The notes under the pieces: model-generated
Database searches by the model: none
Told to the model about the DNA's origin: nothing
What the model saw: the letters and a program-made list of their open reading frames with translations, nothing else
Shown here: positions 1 through 9,574 of the stretch, piece by piece
Layout of the letters: every line of letters starts with the position of its first letter
How positions within the stretch are numbered: the first letter of the stretch is position 1
Position numbers and translations under genes: made by a program
DNA from: Dehalococcoidia bacterium
GTDB lineage: Bacteria; Chloroflexota; Dehalococcoidia; UBA2979
Direction of reading: 5' to 3'
DNA: 64,000 nucleotides
Assembly (NCBI GenBank): GCA_965219085.1
Contig: OZ244720.1
Span: forward strand, 992,001 to 1,056,000

Positions 1-530
1 AGGACCACGTTGGGGTGGCTGAGGAAGGCGTGCAGCAGGTCGAACTCGCGATGCCGCAACCGCACCAACTCGCCGGCGACGCGGACATCGCGGCTCGACG
101 GATCGAGTTCGACGTTGCCGACCGTCACCATCGGGGCCGCCCGTTCGGGATCGTCGGACCGGTCCCAGTCGCGACGGCGCAGCGCAGCCTTCACCCGCGC
201 GACCACCTCGCGAGGATTGAACGGCTTCGTGATGTAGTCGTCGGCGCCCATCTCCAGCCCGACCACCTTGTCGATGTCCTCGGAGCGCGCGGTCAGCATC
301 AGCACCGGGACGTTCGACTCCTTGCGGATCTCGGCGCAGACGTCGAAGCCGCTGAGTTCGGGCATCATCAGGTCGAGCAGCACGAGGTCGGGCGACTGGT
401 CGCGGAAACGCTGAAGCGCCTCGCGCCCGTCGCCGGCGGCGATGACCTCGTGGCCCTCGTTCTGCAGGTAGAGTCGCAGCAGGCGGACGATGTTGGGTTC
501 GTCGTCGGCTACCAGAATCTTGGCGGGCAT
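1..530 (-). CDS. OmpR/PhoB-family response regulator (partial, runs off window start)
   Basis: Manual translation from ATG at 530: MPAKILVADDEPNIVRLL...PDLVLLDLMMPELSGFDVC...VPVLMLTARSEDIDKVVGLEMGADDYITKPF, followed by a wHTH start (LRHREFDLL). Confidence 0.93.
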   Translation of the reverse strand, partial: MPAKILVADDEPNIVRLLRLYLQNEGHEVIAAGDGREALQRFRDQSPDLVLLDLMMPELSGFDVCAEIRKESNVPVLMLTARSEDIDKVVGLEMGADDYITKPFNPREVVARVKAALRRRDWDRSDDPERAAPMVTVGNVELDPSSRDVRVAGELVRLRHREFDLLHAFLSHPNVV

Positions 531-882
531 AGTTGTTGGCCCACGCTTTCTCCGCTGGGCAATCGCCCTGCGGAAGCGGTGTAGGGGGTCGGCCCGGACG
601 ACCCGCGAGCGGGTCTCCATCGCCACCGTTCGCAACCGCTCCCACCACCGTCATTCGCGACAACGCTGGCCGGGCGCGACCCCTTCGGATCTATCGTCGT
701 CCCGAACCGTCATGCGGCCGCCATTCAAGTGTAAACAAAGTGTGATCGTCTCCGCGATTGCGCGCGAAACCGCGCCACCGCGCGACGAACGCGCAGTGGA
801 GCGGCGCGTGCGAGCGCCCCTCACGGGCGTCGATCACCGGCCGGCGCAGTGCCGGCCGGGATGCGGTGTTGGAGCCCGGCGA

Positions 883-1101
883 CTAGAGGCGGAGCTTGCC
901 GTGCGAGGGCTGGCGACGCCGCTGCTTACCGGCAGCGAGGCGCTCTTCCTCGAGCAGTTCCTGCGGGTCGGCGACCTCGGTCTCGTGGACATGCCCGCAA
1001 GCGATGCAGCTTGCGAACTTCCCGTACCAGTCGTCCTCAACGATCATGAGCCCGCTACAGCGCGGGCACCGATTAGGCGGCACACTAGTGATCACAGCCA
1101 T
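883..1101 (-). CDS. Small zinc-ribbon protein (72 aa)
   Basis: CPRC...CIAC pair, acidic then basic tail, SD-like AAGGG before ATG, lies directly downstream of a riboswitch. Confidence 0.8.
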   Translation of the reverse strand: MAVITSVPPNRCPRCSGLMIVEDDWYGKFASCIACGHVHETEVADPQELLEEERLAAGKQRRRQPSHGKLRL

Positions 1102-1151
1102 ACCCTTGTGTAGGCGTCCAGGCCGGAATCCCTCCGGCTTGAGGCTGGATC

Positions 1152-1268
1152 GGTGCCGCCGGGGTTAGCTGACGGGTTCGGGTCGACCCAGTCTGACCCG
1201 CCCTCGCTAGAGGGTTCACCCCAAGAGGTGGTTCCCCCGGTTCCCGCCTGAGCGGGAATTAGGCAGAG
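1152..1268 (-). promoter_or_regulatory. c-di-AMP riboswitch (ydaO/yuaA class)
   Basis: Minus strand contains GGGAACCGGGGGAACCA...TGGGGTGAA...ACCCGAACCCGTCAGCTAACCCCGGCGGC, the characteristic ydaO-class motifs recalled from high-GC examples. Confidence 0.88.
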
Positions 1269-1469
1269 TGCACACGCACTCCAGACGTGCCGTCTTTTGG
1301 ACGACCGCTGCGCAGGATACCGATCGCAGCGCGTCTGTCAACTCCTTCACAATCGAATCTCGTCGATCGCTGCGGTGACCGCCCGCCGAGGCGTCCTCAT
1401 CTCGCGTCCTTACGTCGGCGGCGGCATACTGCCGGCACGAGTTGCCGTTCCTCATTGAGAGCGCCCGCA

Positions 1470-2582
1470 ATGTCCGAACTCTCGCCGGATGCGACGACCA
1501 TCGCCCGTACCGCCGCTGCGATCGGCCCGCTCGACCCCTCCGCTCGCGCTGCGGCCGAGGCGCGACAGGGCCGCCTCACGAAGCCGCCGGGCTCACTCGG
1601 CCGTCTCGAAGACCTAGCGACGCGCATCGCGGCGATGACAGGGCGCGACCGTCCAAGCCTCAACGCGCGGCTGATCGTCGTCGCGGCGGGCGACCACGGC
1701 GTGGTCGCGCAGGGCGTCTCACCGTACCCGCAGTCGGTGACGGCGCAGATGGTGGCGAACTTCGTGCGCGGCGGCGCGGCGATCAACGTCCTCGCCGACC
1801 ACGCGGGCGCGCGCGTGCGAGTCGTCGACGCCGGCGTGGCGACCGGGCTGCCGTCCGAGGTGGCCGACGACCCGTCGCTGCTGCGCCTCGGTCTCGGCCC
1901 GGGTACGGCCGACATCACCGCCGGGCCGGCGATGCCGCGGGAGGCGGCCGAACGCGCCGTCGCGGCCGGCATCGAACTCCTGACGGATGAGCGACGCGGC
2001 GACGGCGTCGACATCGTCGGTTGCGGCGAGATGGGCATCGGCAACACCACGTCCGCAGCCGCGCTGATCGCGGCAGTGACGGGCCACACACCTGCCGCGG
2101 TGACGGGCCGCGGCACCGGCGCGGACGACGCGACGTACGCGCGCAAGGTGCGCGCCGTCGAACGGGCGATCGAGGTGAACGCGCCGGACCCCGCGGACGG
2201 CATCGGGTTGTTGGCTTCCCTCGGCGGCTACGAGATCGGCGTGCTGGCCGGCGTGTACCTGGCGGCGGCCGGCGCGCGGGTGCCTGCGGTGATGGACGGT
2301 GTGATCTCGGGCGCGGCGGCGCTCGTCGCCGCGGCGATCGCGCCCGGCGTGGCGGACTACGTCATCGCCTCGCACCGCTCCGCCGAGCCGGGGCACCTCG
2401 CGGTTCTTGAGCGGTTCGGCCTCGATCCACTGCTCCACCTCGGGATGCGGCTCGGCGAGGGGAGCGGCGCGGCGCTCGGCATCTCGCTGTGCGTCGCGGC
2501 GTGCCGCCTGCTCGATGAGATGGCGACGTTCGGCGAGGCCGGCGTGGACGATTCAGACGCGGCTGTACCGCCCGAGGCGTAA
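1470..2582 (+). CDS. cobT: Nicotinate-nucleotide--dimethylbenzimidazole phosphoribosyltransferase
   Basis: LTKPPGSLGRLE, AGDHGV, GEMGIGNTT, LGMRLGEGSGA motifs; ATG at 1470. Confidence 0.96.
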   Translation: MSELSPDATTIARTAAAIGPLDPSARAAAEARQGRLTKPPGSLGRLEDLATRIAAMTGRDRPSLNARLIVVAAGDHGVVAQGVSPYPQSVTAQMVANFVRGGAAINVLADHAGARVRVVDAGVATGLPSEVADDPSLLRLGLGPGTADITAGPAMPREAAERAVAAGIELLTDERRGDGVDIVGCGEMGIGNTTSAAALIAAVTGHTPAAVTGRGTGADDATYARKVRAVERAIEVNAPDPADGIGLLASLGGYEIGVLAGVYLAAAGARVPAVMDGVISGAAALVAAAIAPGVADYVIASHRSAEPGHLAVLERFGLDPLLHLGMRLGEGSGAALGISLCVAACRLLDEMATFGEAGVDDSDAAVPPEA

Positions 2583-2591
2583 GCTACCGAC

Positions 2592-3383
2592 ATGGGAGCA
2601 TCGCTGCGCTCACTCTTCACATCGGCGCCGATCGCCCTTGAGTTCCTCACCCCGTTGCGGCTGCGCCGGGTGCGCCGCTGGGACGACGCAACGTTCGCGA
2701 GCGCGCTCGGCTGGTACCCGGCGGTCGGCCTGCTGATCGGGCTGGTGCTGCTCGGGATCGATGTCGCCACCGAGGAGTTGCTGCCGGTCGGCGTGCGCTC
2801 CGCGCTGCTGGTGGCCGCGCTCGCCGTGCTCTCGGGCGGGCTACACCTCGACGGCGTCGCCGACACGGCGGACGGCATGGCGCTGCAGGGCGAACGCAGC
2901 GAGCGGCTGGGCGTGATGAGCGCCGGGAACGTCGGGCCCGCCGGCGCGATGGCGCTCGTGATCGTGCTGCTCGTGCAGTGGTCCGCCCTCTCGGCCCTCG
3001 CCGATCCGCTCCGCGCGGCCGCGCTCGTGCTGGCGCCGGCGATGGCGCGCTGGACGGTCGCGCCCGTCGCGGTGCTGTTCCGCTCCGCCCGCCCGCGAGG
3101 GCTCGGCGCGACGCTGCAGCAGGGTGTGTGGCCGTTCGCGGCGCCGCTCTCGGCGGTGATTGCCTTCGCCGCGGGCTACCTGCTGTTCGGGCCCGAGGGC
3201 CTCGTGCTGCCGGTCGCCGCCGCCGTCGCTGCGATCATCCTCGCCGGCGCAGCGTCGCGGATGATCGGCGGCGTGACGGGCGACACCTACGGTGGCGCGA
3301 TCGAGATCGCGCAGGCCGCCACGCTCATCGTCATCCTCGCCGCCGCCTCCCAGGGCTGGCTCGAACCCACCTTCCTCGAGTAG
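2592..3383 (+). CDS. cobS: Adenosylcobinamide-GDP ribazoletransferase
   Basis: Hydrophobic, GGLHLDGVADTADG and GGVTGDTYG motifs; lies between cobT and cobU. Confidence 0.93.
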   Translation: MGASLRSLFTSAPIALEFLTPLRLRRVRRWDDATFASALGWYPAVGLLIGLVLLGIDVATEELLPVGVRSALLVAALAVLSGGLHLDGVADTADGMALQGERSERLGVMSAGNVGPAGAMALVIVLLVQWSALSALADPLRAAALVLAPAMARWTVAPVAVLFRSARPRGLGATLQQGVWPFAAPLSAVIAFAAGYLLFGPEGLVLPVAAAVAAIILAGAASRMIGGVTGDTYGGAIEIAQAATLIVILAAASQGWLEPTFLE

Positions 3384-3407
3384 GCAGCGGACGGCGCGGC
3401 GCCCAAC

Positions 3408-3974
3408 ATGGCCGAGCTGTGGTTCGTCACGGGCGGCGCCCGCTCAGGCAAGAGCAGCTACGCCGAACGCCTCGCCTCCGCCACTGGCCGCGGCGTCGTC
3501 TACATCGCGACCATGGAGCCACTCGACGAGGAGCTTGTGCGTCGCGTTGCGGCGCACCGCGCCGCCCGGCCCGCCGGCTGGGAGACCGTCGAGGCGCCGC
3601 TCGACCCCGCAGGCGCCCTCGAGGCTGCCGATCCCGAGCGGTGCGTGTTGCTCGATTGCCTGTCGCTCTGGGTCGCGAACCGCATGGGGCCGCTCGGCGA
3701 TGCCCCGGCGCCCGACGATCTCGCCCAGCTCGAGCGCACGCTCGAGGCCGACGTCGCGCGACTCATCGACGCGGCGCGAGCCCGAAAGGGCGAGACGGTC
3801 GTCGTCACCAACGAGGTCGGGAGCGGGCTCGTGCCGCCGTACCCCCTGGGCCGCGCCTACCGCGACGTGCTGGGCCGGGTGAACCAGCAGGTCAGCGCCG
3901 CCGCCGACCGTGCGTGGTTGCTCGTGTCGGGGCGAGCGCTGGAGTTGCCCCCGGCGGGCCCGCCCGCCGCCTGA
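3408..3974 (+). CDS. cobU: Bifunctional adenosylcobinamide kinase / guanylyltransferase
   Basis: TGGARSGKSSYAE, LLDCLSLW, VVTNEVGSG, YRDVLGRVNQ motifs. Confidence 0.96.
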   Translation: MAELWFVTGGARSGKSSYAERLASATGRGVVYIATMEPLDEELVRRVAAHRAARPAGWETVEAPLDPAGALEAADPERCVLLDCLSLWVANRMGPLGDAPAPDDLAQLERTLEADVARLIDAARARKGETVVVTNEVGSGLVPPYPLGRAYRDVLGRVNQQVSAAADRAWLLVSGRALELPPAGPPAA

Positions 3975-4030
3975 CGCGCAGACGACGCGTCGGCGAGGGC
4001 GGCACGGGCGAGCCGCCGGGGACGAGGGAG

Positions 4031-5233
4031 CTACCCCGGCCACATCCGCAGCGTGGCCGTGAGTTCGATCACCCGGCCGTCGCGCACGACGGTGAGGGTC
4101 ACCTCGCCGCCGACGTCCTGGTCGTCGACGAGACGTGAGAGCTGGCCCATGGTCAGGATCTCGACGCCCTCGAACCCGGTGATGACATCGCCGCCTTGCG
4201 CGAGGTCGCCCTCGCCGTCGGGCTGCGACGCGGCCACAAGGCCGGCGCGGTCGGCGGCGCTGCCGGGCACGACGTCGGTGACATAGACGCCGCGCACCGC
4301 GTCGACGCCGGCGTCGGCGGCGCTGAGGGTGTTCAGCGTGATGCCGGCCATCCCCAACTGGGCGTGCGTGATGTCGGCGCCGGCGATCATCTCCGGGATG
4401 TACCGCAGCACCGTGTTCGAGGGCACTGCGTAGCCGATGCCGATGAAGAAGCTCTGCCCCACGGGGTTCTCGACCGCCGTCGTAATGCCGATGACCTCAC
4501 CCGCGGCGTTGAAGAGCGGCCCGCCGGAGTTGCCGGGGTTGACCGCGGCGTCCGTCTGGATGACGCCACGCACCGGGCGTCCGCCAAGGTGCTGATGCGC
4601 CTCGCGGTCGATGCCGCTCACGATGCCCGAGGTCACCGCGAAGTCGAGGTCGAACGGGTTGCCGATCGCGAACACCGACTCGCCAACGCGCACGGCGTCT
4701 GAGTCGGCGAAGACCGCGGGTACCGACGCGCCGGCCGGGATCCTGGCGCGGAGTACGGCGAGGTCGTTGCTGGGGTCAGAGCCGAGCAGTTCGGCCGCAA
4801 CGACGGTGCCGTCATACAGCTCGACGACGATCGTCACGGCCCCTCGCACCACGTGGTCGTTCGTGACGATGTGCCCGCTCTGGTCGACCACGACCCCGCT
4901 GCCGACGCCGCCGCCGAGCTGGCCGCGCGCCCGGATCTGCACGACCGAGGGCGCCACACGCTCGATCATGTCCGGCAGGTCCGTGATCGCAGTGCTCATC
5001 GAGGTGGGGCCGCGGGGCGGCGTCGGGGTCGCCTCGAGCACCACGGGCGGCTGGGTCGGGGCCGGCGCGGTGGCGGTCGGCGTCGGGGTCGCCGTGGCGA
5101 CAGGCACGGCTGCCGTCGTGTCCGGGCCGCCGTCGTCGCCACCGATCGAGGTGGCGAGCAACGCGCCGAGGGCCATCGAGACGACGATCACGACGCCGAA
5201 CAGGAATGCGAGGGGCCAGCTCTTGAACGTCAT
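4031..5233 (-). CDS. HtrA/DegP-family (S1C) serine protease with PDZ domain
   Basis: N-terminal TM, Pro/Thr linker, GSGVV, TNDHVV, DLAVL, IQTDAAVNPGNSGGPL, C-terminal PDZ. Confidence 0.95.
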   Translation of the reverse strand: MTFKSWPLAFLFGVVIVVSMALGALLATSIGGDDGGPDTTAAVPVATATPTPTATAPAPTQPPVVLEATPTPPRGPTSMSTAITDLPDMIERVAPSVVQIRARGQLGGGVGSGVVVDQSGHIVTNDHVVRGAVTIVVELYDGTVVAAELLGSDPSNDLAVLRARIPAGASVPAVFADSDAVRVGESVFAIGNPFDLDFAVTSGIVSGIDREAHQHLGGRPVRGVIQTDAAVNPGNSGGPLFNAAGEVIGITTAVENPVGQSFFIGIGYAVPSNTVLRYIPEMIAGADITHAQLGMAGITLNTLSAADAGVDAVRGVYVTDVVPGSAADRAGLVAASQPDGEGDLAQGGDVITGFEGVEILTMGQLSRLVDDQDVGGEVTLTVVRDGRVIELTATLRMWPG

Positions 5234-5328
5234 GTTGTCCTCGTCCTCGCGAGGCGGGGCGGCGCCTTTGATGATGGCACGCCAATAGTCACCGGAGGAT
5301 AAAGCGCGGGCAGAGAAGTGTTACGCGT

Positions 5329-5892
5329 TCACTCGGCGTGCGCGTGCCCGCCGGGGGTTCCGGTCCACACGCTGCGATCCTCGATGCCGTTCGCGCGGTA
5401 GCGCAGCGCGTTCTCGTAGTACGGCATCGGACCCTCGGAGCTCTCGCGCATGCGGGCGATGCGGTCCGGCTTGGTCTGCCGCACCTTGCCGGGGACGCCG
5501 ATGACGAGCGAGTACTCCGGCACCTGCTCTCGCGGCGAGACCAGCGCCCCGGCAGCGACCAGCGAGTGCGAGCCGATCACGGCGCCCGGCAGTAACGTCG
5601 CGTTGTTGCCGAGCAGCACGTCGTCGCCGACCGCACGGCAGTGCACCACCACCGCATGCCCGATGGTCACGTCGTTGCCGATGGTCAGCGGTTCGTCGGT
5701 GTGGATGACGACGTTGTCCTGCACGTTCACGTCGGTCCCGATGCGGATCGGCGCATAGTCGCCGCGGATCACCGCGCCCGGCCAGACCGAGCAGCGCTCG
5801 CCGATGACGACGTCGCCGATGACCGTCGCGCCCGGTGCGAGCCACGCGGAGTCGGCGATCTGCGGGGTCTTGCCCTCGAAGGGGACGATCAC
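5329..5892 (-). CDS. Gamma carbonic anhydrase family (hexapeptide repeat) protein
   Basis: VIGDVVIG, AVIRGD, NVQDNVVIH, TIGHAVVVH. Confidence 0.92.
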   Translation of the reverse strand: MIVPFEGKTPQIADSAWLAPGATVIGDVVIGERCSVWPGAVIRGDYAPIRIGTDVNVQDNVVIHTDEPLTIGNDVTIGHAVVVHCRAVGDDVLLGNNATLLPGAVIGSHSLVAAGALVSPREQVPEYSLVIGVPGKVRQTKPDRIARMRESSEGPMPYYENALRYRANGIEDRSVWTGTPGGHAHAE

Positions 5893-6704
5893 GGCCGCCC
5901 GCCGGTGTAGAGCGCGTACCCGCCGGCGGCCGGCAGCGACGCCTCCACGTCCAGCAGAACCGATTCGATCAGCGCCGACGATGCGCGGCCGAACAGCACC
6001 TGGCGCAGCCCGCGCCGCGGGCGGACCAGCCGCACGCGCGTCGGGATGCGCGCCTCGGCCGCCACCCAGTCCACGGCATCTTCGAGGTCACCTGTGTCGT
6101 CGATGAGCCCCGCCTCCAGGGCGTCGGCGGAGGTGAAGACCTCGCCGGTGGCGAGCTCACGCACCTGCTCGATGGGCATGTCGCGCCCCTCGGCGACCCC
6201 GGCGACGAACTGCTCGTAGAGCGAGTCGAGGACGTGTTGCTCCTTCGCCTCCTCTTCCTCGGTCGGGTCGCGGAAGGGGGACAGCATGTCCTTCAGACGG
6301 CCGGACTTGCTGACGCGCATGCGCACGCCGATGCGGTCCAGCGCGTCGTGTACGACGGGGCGGTACGAGATGACGCCGATCGCCCCGACGATCGCGGTGG
6401 GAAGCGTGATCACGCGCTGCGTGGCCGCGGCGACCATGTAGCCGCCGGAGGCGCCCAGGCCGCCGACGAACCCGGCGACCGGCTTCTCGTGCCGCAACCG
6501 CGCCACCGCGCGTGTGATCATATCGGCGCCGACGGCGGTGCCGCCGGGCGAGTCGATATTGAGCACGACGCCGCGCACGGACTGGTCGTCGCGCAGGCGC
6601 AGGAGCAGCCGGGTGAACTCGAGCGGGCGAACGGCGGGCCCGATCACGCCCTGCATGTCGACGACCGCCACCGTGGGCGGTCGGAGCCGGCTCAGTATCT
6701 CCAC
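5889..6704 (-). CDS. sppA: Signal peptide peptidase SppA (S49, short form)
   Basis: LNIDSPGG, GASGGY, VGAIGV, KSGRLKD; GTG at 6704 preceded by AGGAGG. Confidence 0.9.
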   Translation of the reverse strand: MEILSRLRPPTVAVVDMQGVIGPAVRPLEFTRLLLRLRDDQSVRGVVLNIDSPGGTAVGADMITRAVARLRHEKPVAGFVGGLGASGGYMVAAATQRVITLPTAIVGAIGVISYRPVVHDALDRIGVRMRVSKSGRLKDMLSPFRDPTEEEEAKEQHVLDSLYEQFVAGVAEGRDMPIEQVRELATGEVFTSADALEAGLIDDTGDLEDAVDWVAAEARIPTRVRLVRPRRGLRQVLFGRASSALIESVLLDVEASLPAAGGYALYTGGRP

Positions 6705-6832
6705 GACAACCTCCTGCTCGCGGGTCGAGTGTACGACAGGCCCGGGCCGCGGAACCCTCGCCCGTGGCATGGGGCGGGACGGCGCGGTACCGTTGCACGG
6801 GCACACCGTTCGCATCCGCTCCCTCCGTACCG

Positions 6833-8545
6833 ATGCTCGAGAGGTCGCCCGACTTGCGTAGCGTTGCCTTGACGCTGCTGCTGATCCTGATCGCAGCGGT
6901 TGCGCTCGCCTGCGACCGCACAGCGGAGCTGATCCCGGGCGCCGACGAGACGCCGACCCCGACGCCGACCTCGACGCCGACGCTGGCACGGACTCGAGAG
7001 CCCGTCCTTGCGCCCGCGACCCTGCGCATATCCGGAAGCGCAGCGGCCAATCCGTCGGGTGAGGCCCGGCCGGCCGACACCGAGCTCGCGCGCAGTGTCG
7101 TGCAGGTACGCGTCATCGATGCGGAGAGCTCGCCACCCTTCATCCGCGACGGCAGCGGCGTCATCGTCGACCGCGAGCAGGGGCTGGTCCTCACCAGCGC
7201 ACGCATCGTCGTCCCGCCCGGCGACGGCAGCGAGGATGCGTACACGATCGAGGTCTGGACCAACCCCATCCCCGGCGGCGAGCCGCGCCCGACGCACGCA
7301 GCGGTCCTCGTCGCCTACGATGCCATCTCCGAACTCGCGGTACTGCGGCTCACGGCCCGGCTTCCGGCGACCGGGCCCCCGGCCGCAGCCGACGACGAGG
7401 AGGCAGAGGACGGCGAGGACGAGGCCGCCGATCCGCCGCTGCTCGACGAACCCGCCGCAACGAACGGCGACCCGGCTGTGCTCCAGCGTGGGGACCAGCT
7501 ACGCATGTTCGGGCACCCGGGCCTGCACCCCTCGGGTGCTGACACCCCGCAGGCGGTGATGGTCACGATCGCGACCTTGATCGGCGTGCGCGCCGAGCCC
7601 GCCGCGGGCGAACAGGCGTGGTTCACCACCCAGGCGCGGCTGCCGCACGCGAACGCGGGCGGCCCCGTCTTCAACAGCGCGGGCGAGTTGGTCGGCATCT
7701 CGACGCAACTGGTGTACAGCCTCGACGTCCCGGTGTCGCACGTCCGGCCCATCGTGCTGGCCGAGGACCTGATCGAGGCGGCCCGCGAGGGCGGTGAAGA
7801 CACGCCGACGCTGCCGCTCATGCACCCCGGCGCCGCTCCCGGCACCGCCCTGCCCGGCGTCAGCGCGGACATCATCGTGACCGAGCCCCGCTTCGCCCTC
7901 GAGGCGCTCGGGGAGGGCGGGGCGCGAGCACTGTTCGACTACGGGCGCGTGTTCCCCGCCGCCGCCCCGGAACTGAACTACGAGTTCGTGGTGCAGGGCG
8001 CCCCGGACGGCGCTCCGGTGCAGGAGCTGTGGTACCTGGACGGCGTGTTCCAGGACGCTCTGTCCGCGACCTACAACTGGCGACTCGGCCCCTTCGCGCT
8101 CGTGTCCGACCGGCTCGCCTCGCCGAACCCCGCCGGTCCCCCCACCGGGGTGTGGAAGCTCGAAGTCTGGGTGAACGGCTCGCTGCGCGCCGCTTCGCAG
8201 GCCTATCTCGGCGTACAACCGCCGAGCCCGGCCGTGAGCGACTTCGCGTTCGGCGCCTCGCTCAGCCAGACGTACGGCCCGGCCGAGCCGCCGAAGGTCG
8301 GCGCAGACCGGGTGCTCGCGTTCTTCGAGTACGAAGGCGCGAGCGTCGTCGAGCGACTCAGCTGGGTCGTCTACCGCAACGGCGAGGTGCGCTACCGCTC
8401 CCCCGACGTGCCCTGGCGCGGGGGCGAGTTCGGCGTGTGGTGGGTCGGCATGCACGCACCTGACGGCCTCACGCGGGGCCGGTGGGAATTCGAGATCCTC
8501 TTCGACGGTAAGGTGCTGGGGCGCGAGGGCTTCACGCCGAGGTAG
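6833..8545 (+). CDS. Lipoprotein with trypsin-like (S1C) fold, catalytic triad substituted, plus C-terminal beta-sandwich domains
   Basis: Lipobox ALAC; GSGVIVD, LTSARIV, SELAVL, ANAGGPVF align to HtrA motifs but with H>R, D>E, S>A. Confidence 0.75.
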   Translation: MLERSPDLRSVALTLLLILIAAVALACDRTAELIPGADETPTPTPTSTPTLARTREPVLAPATLRISGSAAANPSGEARPADTELARSVVQVRVIDAESSPPFIRDGSGVIVDREQGLVLTSARIVVPPGDGSEDAYTIEVWTNPIPGGEPRPTHAAVLVAYDAISELAVLRLTARLPATGPPAAADDEEAEDGEDEAADPPLLDEPAATNGDPAVLQRGDQLRMFGHPGLHPSGADTPQAVMVTIATLIGVRAEPAAGEQAWFTTQARLPHANAGGPVFNSAGELVGISTQLVYSLDVPVSHVRPIVLAEDLIEAAREGGEDTPTLPLMHPGAAPGTALPGVSADIIVTEPRFALEALGEGGARALFDYGRVFPAAAPELNYEFVVQGAPDGAPVQELWYLDGVFQDALSATYNWRLGPFALVSDRLASPNPAGPPTGVWKLEVWVNGSLRAASQAYLGVQPPSPAVSDFAFGASLSQTYGPAEPPKVGADRVLAFFEYEGASVVERLSWVVYRNGEVRYRSPDVPWRGGEFGVWWVGMHAPDGLTRGRWEFEILFDGKVLGREGFTPR

Positions 8546-8563
8546 CCGGCGAGCGCGCCGGGC

Positions 8564-9574
8564 CTACCGCAACGTCCCCGTGTCGTCGTAGAGCGCGTCG
8601 GTGAACGAGGGATCGAACACGGTTGCCACGTCGACCGGGCCGCTGAACTGCTCGTCGTAGCGGAGCAGCACGTCCTGTAGCGCCTCCCACTGCGCGAGCG
8701 TGGCGCGGCCCATGCCGTCCTCGCGCGTGGCGTTGCGGAGATCGGTGTCGAGCAGGAACCGCTGGTGGTCGCGGTCCGCGCCCTCGGCGTAGACGAGCAC
8801 CAGGTCGATCGCCTCGTCGGGGTGCGAGGCGGCGTAGTGCGCGCCGCGCAGCGCCGCGCGCAGGAAGCGCCCGGCCAGCTCCCGCCGCTCGATCGTGGTC
8901 TCGTCGTGCACGAGGTAGGTGACGCCGAGCGTCGCGATGCCGTGGTCGTGGGGATCGAACACGCGGATGTCGACGCCCGCGTTGCGGATGCGGTTTGGCT
9001 CGTTGTTGAGGAACACCGGGAAGACGTCGACCTGGCGCTCGATGAACACGCGCTCATCGAACCCCACGGCCTGGAGCTGCACGTCGTCGGGTCCGAGGTC
9101 TGCCGTGGCCAGCAGCGCGAGCAGTTCGGCGGGCACGACGCCGCCCTTGAAGCCGACGCTGTGACCCTCGAAGTCCCCGGGCGTCTCGATGCCCGAGTCG
9201 GCGTGGACGACGAAGCCCTGGTCGCCGCGCTGCCCGAAGAGCGCGATGGCGCGCACCGGCAGGCCATTCGCGCGCTGGCGGAGCGCCTGCGCCGCGGTGG
9301 CAGTGGTGAAGTCGACCTCGCCGGCGAGCAGGAGCTGGCCGTGCTCGCCCTGGGTCGAGTGCCGGATCTCGACCTCGAGGCCCTCGTCGGCGAAGAAGCC
9401 GCGCGCTTCGGCCATGTAGACGGCGACGAACGGGAGGTTGGCCTGCGGCCGGTAGCCGGCCATGAACACGACGCGTTCGAGGGACTCCTCGGCGTCGTCA
9501 CCGCCGCAGGCGACGGGGAGCGCGAACGCCGCCACGACGCAGACGATAAGCCCGGCGATCCACGCACGTGTCAT
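8564..9574 (-). CDS. ABC transporter substrate-binding lipoprotein, NMT1/THI5 family
   Basis: Lipobox PVAC, YMAEARGFFADEGLEVEI, AGEVDF, DFEGHSVG, RFLRAALRG. Confidence 0.9.
   Translation of the reverse strand: MTRAWIAGLIVCVVAAFALPVACGGDDAEESLERVVFMAGYRPQANLPFVAVYMAEARGFFADEGLEVEIRHSTQGEHGQLLLAGEVDFTTATAAQALRQRANGLPVRAIALFGQRGDQGFVVHADSGIETPGDFEGHSVGFKGGVVPAELLALLATADLGPDDVQLQAVGFDERVFIERQVDVFPVFLNNEPNRIRNAGVDIRVFDPHDHGIATLGVTYLVHDETTIERRELAGRFLRAALRGAHYAASHPDEAIDLVLVYAEGADRDHQRFLLDTDLRNATREDGMGRATLAQWEALQDVLLRYDEQFSGPVDVATVFDPSFTDALYDDTGTLR

Noticed and set aside
1290-1469. Cobalamin riboswitch upstream of cobT
   Set aside because: No recognisable B12-box or GGGAA/GCCACTG core motifs
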